Origin: Vicugna vicugna
Lineage: Eukaryota
Assembly: GCA_013265495.1 (NCBI GenBank)
Contig: MU062317.1
Location: 868,001 to 932,000 of the forward strand
Direction: 5' to 3'
DNA length: 64,000 nucleotides
Shown: positions 55,351-64,000 of the stretch, in pieces
Numbering within the stretch: position 1 is the stretch's first letter
Layout of the letters: each line of letters opens with the position of its first letter
Made by a program: the position numbers and the translations under genes
Notes under the pieces: generated by a model
Seen by the model: the letters and a program-made list of their open reading frames with translations, nothing else
Told to the model about the DNA's origin: nothing
Databases searched by the model: none

Positions 55351-58239
55351 TCTGATGGGCGAGCAGTCCCAGGGGTCCCGGCACGGAGGGCGAGGCAGCG
55401 GACCTCAGACAAAGTGACTTTGGGGGACATGCAGGTGCAGCCGGGGCGCACACCTGGGCGAGCGGGCACAGTCTCAGTGCCACCAGAGCGCGGGGCAGCG
55501 CAGCGCACCTGCGGGGGAGCCGCAGGGACAGGGGCCGTGGCAGGCGCACAGGGAGGAGGAGGACTCGGGAACGCAGAGACTGGAGCGGGGTGGCGGCGGA
55601 GAGTGACGCGGGCTGTGTGGTTCAGCAGGGAACACAGGGGAGACCAGGACGGGAGGGATGGCGGGGTGCAGGGGGGCTGGGGGGTCTGGACGGTACTCAG
55701 GGGCAGGGCGCCCTTGTCTCAGCGTCTGCTCAGACAAAAGGGTCCCACCAGGGCCAGACGCAGATCACCGTTACGAAGACGAACGAGGTCAGAGGGTCAC
55801 CCCTGCCAGAGGTCATCCTTTCAGGAGGTCACCACAGGGTCAGACGACGTCCCCCATTGCACGGATTTCTCCAGAATCTTGTCTCTGGGGTTGAACTTGG
55901 TGAGAAGGGCAGGCCCCCTTCCCTTACACACAGGTCCCCCCAGACGCAAGTTCCCCCAGACACCTAACCATCCAGCCAGGCGCAGGAGGGAGCTCACAAA
56001 GTTTGGCAGAACCAACAAATTGCTTCCTTTTCACTTCCAGGCCTAAAAAGGAACCTTCAGGGTGACAGGAAGGCAAACTAATGGTGTCCCTGAGCCCCCA
56101 CCCCCAGGAGAGAGGGCAGCACCCCCATGAGCGCAGCTCCGGGCAGGCACTGACACCGAGGCGGCAGCACCTGCCACGTGGGAGCGCGGGGCTGACCCGC
56201 GACCCTGCCGCCTGGCCGTGCTCCTGCCGCGGCCCGGCAGCGCGGGGGCTCTGGCTCGCTCCGCTTAGTCTGGGTGGCGCTTTGAAGCCTTGACGCCTGG
56301 AGAGAAAATGCTGTTCTAATTCTGCTGGAAGATCCAAAACCCCGCAGCAGCTGTGGGGTGTGTGTGTCTGTACGTGTCCGCGTGCACGTGTGTCTGGTGT
56401 GCACGTGCGTGTGCGTGGACGGCCCGAATTCTCTAGACGCCGAGCTCTGTCTGAGGAATGGCCTCTGGGTTTTGGAGCCGATTTCTGCGCCCGATCCCCC
56501 TGCTGGCCGAGGAGCCCGCAGCGTGCACGCGCAGGAACGTGCCTGCCGTGAGCGTGTGCTCGCCCCTGCAGATGTGTGCATTTTTCTGGGTCTGGTTCAC
56601 TCTCGGGACCTGTTAGAGCCAATGTTTGTCAACCCGCTCGCATCCATCACCAGGCGACGGCGCCCACGTCGACACTGCCTTTCACCTGGCGGTCCGCTCA
56701 CTGAGCGCCACGCCTGAGCCCTGCGAGGAGGCTGAGACCAGCGAAAGGCTTTGCTGAGTCTGCCGCCCGTAGTGTCTTTTCCGCTCTAGATTCTTTCCTG
56801 CGAGTACCCGGTGAAGGCAGGCAAATAAACGCAGCCTGCGCCTCTCCTTTCCACGCGCCTGCCGCGGGTACGTGGCTCGCCTGGTCCCCCGAGCTCAGGT
56901 GGCTCCGAGACGGGAGCCCCCACCTGCCGCACCGTGAGGACAGCAGCCCCCGGCCGCTCGGGAAACGCCGCTCTGCGCGCGCTCGACCGGCCTCGGTCAC
57001 GCCGCCCCAGGGGGCGCCCAGCGACGGAGGCGAGAAGGGTCAAGCCGGCTCTCCTACCTTCTGGATGCAGCCCTCCTGCGACGACACCTCCCCGTCCGTC
57101 AGCATTTGCTGCAAAACAATTTGGAAAGGGGTTGTTAGTGTCTGACAAAGTGCAGTTCTCAAGTCCTACGTCGTGGGGGTGGCAGACGTCCTCCGAGATG
57201 GTGAGGGTGGGGCTAGCGGCCTCTCCGCAGCGTGAACCAAAGCCCTCTTGAGAACAGGGGTCCTTGGCCTCCCCGTTTGCTGCACAGGGACGTTGTCCTC
57301 CGGGAAGGCAGCTGGGCCCTTGTAGGGACAGAGCCACCTCGTGTGGCTCAGCCTCGTCCCATAGTGACTGGGAACAGGCCCACTCGTGGGGGCCTGAGTG
57401 CCCACCCCACATATTGTTAGCAACGGTGCGATGGGGCCACGGAGACGCTGGACTCCTCTGACAGCCTCTGTTACTTCCGAGTTCTGCCGTGACCGAGTGG
57501 CCTGTATTTGGAGGTGACTGGGCGTGTGTGCTGTGCCGCCCACAGGGGAGCAGGAAGACGCACCGCCCGGCCTGCGTGGGGCTCACAGCCCAGCGTGGGA
57601 GACAGAGCTCAGGGGAGCAAGCGGGCTCAGCCCGGGACTCGGCCACACCAGCCACAGGGAGAGACGTGGTGGAGGCCAGAGCAGAGGGCAGAGGTCAGCT
57701 GCATCACTGCACTGCTGCCTGAGGCCAGGCTGTGGGTGGGGAAGGGGCAGGGGACAGGAGACGGACAGGCAGGGAGGGGAGCTGACACCATCTGTTGGGT
57801 TCTGCTGTTTTGGAAAATCAGAGGTGGCACCATTTCTAGCTTGTTCTTTACCCCTGATCCCTGGGAAAGGGACATTTCTCTGTGGGTTTTGGAGGAGGCT
57901 TCTCAAAGGAAATCAGGCCAAGGCAGAGAAGCAGTGGCTTCAGCGTCACGCATGTGCCAAGGGTACGCCCCTCCCCCAGCAGTGGGCAGTGGGCCGTGCA
58001 GGATGCCTACTCTCCCCCTGCCCAGGTACACTGGCTTGGGACAGTGAGGAAAGAACGTGCCAGCCATCCTGGATCTTTCTTCCACCAGACTGTTTCAACT
58101 CAGAGCTTTCCTTGGCTCAGCTCTGGAGAGATGTAGCATTTTGCCTGGCTGGCGTCTCCTAAAAACCAGCAAGTTCCACTCCAGAGGGGTGGCACTTCAG
58201 CGACAGGTCCCAGAGCACTCTCTGAGCTAAGCAAGCCGA

Positions 58240-58640
58240 CAAATTAGCTGTGTAAAGGGGTTTTCCCTTCTGGATCACAAGTGCGGTGCACAGACATGGA
58301 GACACACGGCCGTGTCATTTCCGTAGGAAGAGAAACCAAGGCGGAACCTAGTATTTGAAAAATGAAATGAGACGTGGAGTCAAATCCAGCGGCCTTGTTT
58401 CTCCTCCTCTTAAAACGACACGACTGTCTTTTCAAATGACAAGCGTGGAGGAGAGTGCCCGCCAGTGCCCACGCAGGCCGGGTCAGCGGGCCAGGATGCT
58501 GAGTTCCAAAACGCTGGCGGAGCTGCCCGGGCTCAGCTGTAATAACAGTAAGTCATATTTTTAAATGTTGAGAATTCTAACCAATTGGGGATTTTATGTT
58601 TCTTTTAATAGATTCTGAAATTGTGGCTTGGAATGCGACT
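58240..58640. promoter_or_regulatory. Low-GC, non-repeat block; putative non-coding element
   Basis: AT-rich segments with AAATTAG, CCAATTGG and TTTTATG, and a donor-like GTAAGT at 58548. Confidence 0.3.
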
Positions 58641-58929
58641 AGCAGCGAAAACAGAGAACGAGGCAGGAGAGGGACCAACAGAGACACTAGGAAGGTCTCC
58701 CAGGGAGAGACCCGGTCTCCAGGTGCGCGGTCCCTGCCGGGCCTGGGCTGGACAGGCCGTGGGGGAGACGAGGTGCCCTCAGACGCTGGGGGCTGAGCTC
58801 TGCAGCAGACGGGCTGCCCCCTTGCCTGTCTGATTTTCACTCTCAAACCCAGAGCCAAGAGGGCTGGCCGGAGGCTCAGTCAGTGCCGGGACAGGAGGCG
58901 AGAGATCCCAGGAAAACCTGCAGTGCCCG

Positions 58930-58996
58930 GGAGGGGCCGTGCTCCCCAGGAGGGGAGGGGCTGCACTCCCCAGGAGGGGCCGTGCTCCCCAGGAGG
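58930..58996. repeat. 19-bp minisatellite, 3 units
   Basis: GGAGGGGCCGTGCTCCCCA at 58930 and 58973; variant GGAGGGGCTGCACTCCCCA at 58954. Confidence 0.85.
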
Positions 58997-59590
58997 CAGA
59001 CAGGCCCCTCTCCCTGGACGCAGTCACTGTGGGCCCTGAGCTCTGTGGTTCACCAGCCTGTCCCTTAGGAGGGGAGCTTGAGCCAGAGGGATAAATCTGT
59101 GCTTTGATTTTTCAAAGCAGCATAGCCCCAGGACACTGCGCAAAAGCACAGAAGGGGCGCACCCGCTGGAGCGGCCCCTCCCGGGTCCTGCCTCGCGAGA
59201 CGGACAGAGGAGGCCCACCCAGCGCCTGCCATCTGAGGGCCGGGTCTCACGACCTGGGGGACACCACGTCCAGCGACTCTGCTGCGGGGACGGCTCCAGG
59301 GAAGGGGCTCCAGGGACCCTCCGGCCCAGGTGCAGGGGCCACGAAGCCCTGGCGAGCACGCTGCGCACAGGCAACTGTCCTGAGGAAGGGGGCGAGCTGG
59401 CTTTCTCAGCCGGCCCGGCTGGTCACGTGCCCACGCCAGCTATGCCTCTGATCGCCAACAGCGCCGGTCACCGATTTCGGCACCGGGAGAAGCTGCCTCG
59501 GGGAGACAAGGGGGCTCCGGGCTGCGCTGGCAGCAAGCTCTGGGCTCATCCTTGGGCACAATCTGCCTGCTTCATCTCCAGCACCCCGGG

Positions 59591-59622
59591 CCCCCAGACA
59601 CCCTGACCCCCAGACACCCTGA
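59591..59622. repeat. 16-bp perfect tandem duplication
   Basis: CCCCCAGACACCCTGA twice. Confidence 0.9.
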
Positions 59623-60159
59623 CCCTGTACCGCTCCCGAGAGGCGGGGAGATGGGCTGGCGAGCCTCCACCAGCATAAAAACCGCCGCGGACCTGATGTG
59701 AGTCAAAGGCTGAGCGGAAACCAGAGCTGGGCCTTCCCAGCTCTGCCTGTTGTGGGCAGCATCGTGGAGGAAGGTTCTCTCTTGTCTCCCTGGTGTCCCA
59801 AGAGAGGTGCACAGGGGCAGGACCTGGCCTCCTGGGCTCCACCCCTCCACCAATCCTGGTTGGAAGGGACGGCCTCCTGTGTCCGTGGGGAGACAGGTTC
59901 CCGAGCCCAGCTCCCCTCGCCTGAGGTGTGGGCCATCTCTGTGGGAGAGCCAGCGGGAGGCCTCTGCCCCTAGCACCCTCTGCCGGCCCCTGTGGGAGCC
60001 GCCCCCTCCCACAGCCCCTTCGCTGGAATTTGTGCCACGCAGGCCAGCTCCTGGCCAGTTCATCTTCACTGTGACTTGGGGGGCCCTGGCCTCCCTTGTT
60101 CTCCGCTCCCCCTTCAGCCCCTCTCTCTGAAGACGAGCAGGCTGCGTCCCCGCAGCTCG

Positions 60160-60241
60160 AGGCCCTGCGTCCCCCCGGCTCCAGGCCCCATGTCCCCCTG
60201 GCTCCAGGCCCTGCATCCCCCCGGCTCCAGGCCCTGTGTCC
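60160..60241. repeat. 23-bp minisatellite, about 3.6 units
   Basis: AGGCCCTGCGTCCCCCCGGCTCC / AGGCCCCATGTCCCCCTGGCTCC / AGGCCCTGCATCCCCCCGGCTCC / AGGCCCTGTGTCC. Confidence 0.9.
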
Positions 60242-62729
60242 GAGTCACCCACACAGACCACTCCCAATTTACCCAGATACCCGTGATCAAAAACCAGCAG
60301 GAGAAACTTTCCAGGCAGAGCCTGGCCAGCGGGCACATCACAAGCACCACACGGCCCTCCCCTCTGCTCTCCACTGTCCTTTAAGACAGCCGTCCACCCA
60401 GCCCCACTGTCCCAGAGGACGTGGGCTGAGGGTGCTCAGAGCCACTGTCCTCCGTCAGCTGCTATGAAGTGGCCAAATGGGACGGAGCAGCCCCGGAGGC
60501 CCACCGGCCACGCCGTGTCAAGGCCCTTCTTTCCCTCCGGGAAGAGTCTGGCGAGGTCTGTGCCCCAGGTTCAGTGACGGCCTCCACCCACCCCACCCAG
60601 GAGCCTGTGGTCAGAGGAGCTGTGGACGTGGACATTCAAACCACGCTGCCCCAACAGGTCGAGACGCCAGCGCAACACACCAAGCAAGAGAGACCGCACA
60701 GAGCCATGGGCATCGGTCGGGCGGGGGTTGGGGGGAGCAGCGCGGCTGGCCTGAAGCACAGCCATAGGACCACGGCGAGCAGGACACAAGGTCTCCCAGT
60801 CACGGGATGCAGGGAGTGGTGGGGGCGTCAGCCCAGCGGGACGGACACCCCCGTCCAGCGGCAGCCTAGCCCTCCGCCAACGACTCTGAAGAAAGAAGCA
60901 ACCTCCCGGGGGTGGGGCAGGGTCAGGCTCTGGGGCTGCCTGTTCCCGCAGCATCTCTACCTGCCCCGACGTAATGGCACCGACACAACAGCCCGCCGAC
61001 GCAGGTGTGCAGGGCGTTACCTCTGCTCTTCCCCACCGCTGACCTCGGGCAAACACCCGCCCCATGCGCCCCTTCTGGAGCCTCTTTCCTGGCCTTCCTC
61101 TTGCCAGAGCCACCGCTTTGCTGAAAAACCTCTTTAATTTGCTCGCTGAGCCCTCAGCACACGCGCCGCGGGCCGGCCGGCTGTTGGCAACGGCCGCCTC
61201 TGCGCTCAACCCCGTCTCCACACCAGCAGAAGTATTAGGTGTGTTTTGATTAAGCGGTTTAGCCAAAAAAGCGAGGTTTGACCTCCAGCATTTGCTTCTT
61301 TTGCGGGTCTCCATGCCAGGACTGAGCTAAGTGGGGTTGCTCAAAACATCTTTTTCGACTCTTAAAATAAATACCCTCTGTTCTCCAAGAAGTCCGCCCA
61401 GAGGAGACACACACAGACGTCCATTCGCTCACAGCTCTGGAGCTCTGGCGTGTCCCCCGAGGGCACCAGACTTTCTGCTCGGTGTCACAGATGCGTCCCA
61501 GAAGGTTTCTCTCCCTTCCAAGTTGTCTGTTATTGAAACATCTGAAAACATACCTCCAGGAGGAAGCCCAGATGGGGCTTCCCCGCCACGCAGCTCCCAA
61601 AACCAGAGAGAAGCCTGGCCTGTGGTCCGAGAGGTCACCAAGCGCCCTCATTTGCTGACCTCTTACTCTGGGCCTTCAAGCCCGCACCTCTCTCTGACCC
61701 TCTCCCGTCCACCGCTGAAGCTGCCTTTTCCACCCAAAGCCCAGTGTCTGGGTCCAGAGGGGGCTGAAGGCTGGTTCCAAGGCCCCTCCCTTGAAGAGGC
61801 CCCCATGGGCAGCGCCAGGGCTGTCCGGGCCCGTCACGGCCCAGGGTTGTCCTAGGAGCGGGGCTGGGGCCCCAGGGCGTGGCGGAGGGCCGCCCCCATG
61901 CCAGCCCGGCTCTGAGCCGCACCCTCCTGACCTCTGGACACTGCGGGACGCAGTCTGAGCTGGCAGGTCAAGGCCGAGACGGTGACCCCTGGAGGTCAGC
62001 GGCTGCGGACCCCACGCAGCCTGCCCCCTCAGGAAGGATCTACACCCAGCTGGGCTGTGTCCTCTCGCGGGCCCAGGGAGCTCCCACCACGGCTCCCAGG
62101 CCGCGCCACGTCCAGCTCCTCAGCCCCTGCCCGCGGCCCCTCTGGGAGGACACACTTGTTAAAGAATGCTTCTCGGGCTGAGTCTCCGACCGGATGGGAG
62201 TCCTACCATGGCGGCCACTGTCCCTGGTGTAAATGTGGCAGTGACGTGGTGATGGCGCAGGACGATGGCAACGGGCAGTCCTTCTGGGGGGCACAGGGGG
62301 TGCGTCCAGGCCCCGCGAAGGCGTGTCCCCGCACTGTCCCACCACAGCCCTGTCCGGGTGACTGCTGCCACCAGGCCGGCTTTACAGACGGGAAGCGGAG
62401 GCTCGGGAGTCGGAGGGACGGGGCGAAGGTCAAAGAGCTGCTGGGTGTCCCATGTCCCGGCCTCCTGACTCTGGAGGCCCCGGGAGGCCGCTAGGGGTGC
62501 ATCCGGTGGAAAGAAGCCACATGCCAACCCTCCTGACCGGGACTCGCACCTGAGCCCTGGCCAGACCCACCCAGGCGAGGGCCCTCCCCTGGCCAGGCCG
62601 GGCGGGCTGGGTGCCGGTCCCGCTGGCAGCTCTGCCAGGGACCGTGAGGGCAGCGTCACCGGCCGGGCCCACTCTGGCTCCCAAAGCAAAGGCTCCAACG
62701 GTGTTGACACAAACTCTTGAGCTCTCAAC

Positions 62730-62960
62730 TGGGAGCGGGGAATATTTATTTATTTTTTGCATTAAAAAAAAAAACCCTCAGCCTGGCTGTGTTTGAGCTA
62801 CAGAAATGATTTTTTTGAAAGGCGCCTTGGACAGTGTTTTTAGCTTTTGTGCCTAAACAGATCCTTCTCAGTTCTTTCAAGTGAGATCTTACCCAATGAA
62901 TGCAGACTCTCTTTTGACTCCTAAGAAAAATATTTACACAGTCAAGTACGGCACGAAAAA
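62730..62960. promoter_or_regulatory. AT-rich island with FOX-like motifs
   Basis: TATTTATTTA, TATTTAC and an A-tract; no repeat recognised. Confidence 0.25.
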
Positions 62961-63048
62961 GGACCCAGGCTCCTTCAGAGGGCCCGTCCTGAAACGCACA
63001 GAGGTCTCCACACGCTGTTGACATTCCCAGCCCAACATCTTCGCCTGC

Positions 63049-63098
63049 CCTCCCTCCCCGCCCCGCCCCTCCCCAGCCCCTCCCCGCCCCTCCCCTCC
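63049..63098 (-). other. C-rich tract; G-quadruplex motif on the minus strand
   Basis: CCCTCCCTCCCCGCCCCGCCCCTCCCCAGCCCCTCCCCGCCCCTCCCC. Confidence 0.7.
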
Positions 63099-64000
63099 TG
63101 GCCCCCCAGGCATCGCCCAAGCCTCCTGCCTGGGACCCCGAAGTCAGGGTTCATGCTCCTTCCTAGGAGCCCACCCGGGGTCCCACGGAAGGAAGCAGAC
63201 CTGCGTGAGGGACAGCCACGTCCCAGCTTCCCAGCTTTTTCTTTGGTCGACGAGAAGCCGCAGGTCACTCGGCCTCCAGGGCCCCGTGCAAGGTTGTTAT
63301 CTAGACTCACCCCTGCTTCTCCCAGATGCTCCCCGCTAGACCTCCACCCTGGGAGCAGGCGCTTCTGTCTCTCTTGACCCCTGGGGGTGAGGCTACAGGA
63401 GCTAACGAGGTGCAGACGGCTTTTCTGGCCAGCACGGCCCTGCCCGGACACAGCTCACCGGGCACGGTTTGCCTGTGGACGGACGTGCCGAGAACACTGT
63501 GTCCGCTGGTTGCTCTCGGCGTGGCACGCGCCCCTTGGCTGGACACCCTGCCCGGCCCGGGGGTGCGGGTGCCCGCACCGGTCCTTCTGCAGAGTGAACG
63601 GCGGAGTGAATGAACGGATTCCTGCCCCCGAGGCTTCTCCCAGGGTTTCCGGCCCTGTCTGTCCCAGGCCTCCTGCCCAGCCTCGTTCCAGAAGCAGCCT
63701 TTGAGCGCCCTTTGCCTGCACTGCTCCATGAAAGGTGCCTTGAAGCTGTGCTGACTCCGGTATCAGCTGCTTCAAACCCGCCCGCTCCTTCAGCAACACG
63801 ACCACGAACACAGAAGGGGCCCCACAGACTCCGGCTGAGACCACGGAGCAAGGGGTCTGGGAGCTTCTGGGAGCGGGAGTGCCGAAGCAGGAAGTGGGGG
63901 TGGAGGTGGGCAGAGGTGGGGTGGGGGCTGGGGAGCCGGCCCAGAAGACGGAAGAGACAGGCGGGTTTGGAAAGGCCCCCAGGGCCCAGCGGGGCATCCT

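Noticed and set aside
58930-60241. CRISPR-like array
   Set aside because: The repeats are contiguous tandem units without unique spacers, there are no cas genes, and the DNA is mammalian.
1-64000. Assigning a gene symbol such as PRDM16
   Set aside because: The composition fits such a locus, but no exon peptide of it or of any other gene appears in the ORF track, so naming it would be a guess.

Overview
This is mammalian genomic DNA, most likely camelid: it carries a tRNA-Ala-derived Vic-1-type SINE at about 28.7 kb, and I saw no Alu, B1, Bov-tA, PRE-1 or Can-SINE. It is very GC- and CpG-rich (judged by eye, not computed) and has two short-read assembly gaps (34252-34431 and 54992-55123). I found no recognisable protein-coding exon, RNA gene or pseudogene, and the long ORFs in the track look like GC-driven artefacts. 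The window reads as a long intron or intergenic stretch of a distal, GC-rich chromosome region. It holds scattered repeat relics (MIR, L2, L1MB, L1MC, a younger L1, MLT1, MER3, MER82, one young SINE) and a series of short AT-rich islands dense in homeodomain, PBX-HOX, SOX and POU motifs, which are enhancer candidates. The clearest signal is that repeats of every age differ from their consensus (recalled from memory) almost only by A/T to G/C changes, consistent with strong, long-lasting GC-biased gene conversion. Other points of interest are two PBX-HOX motif clusters and two pre-miRNA-sized inverted repeats. The sequence alone does not support a novel multi-gene system or a gene symbol.
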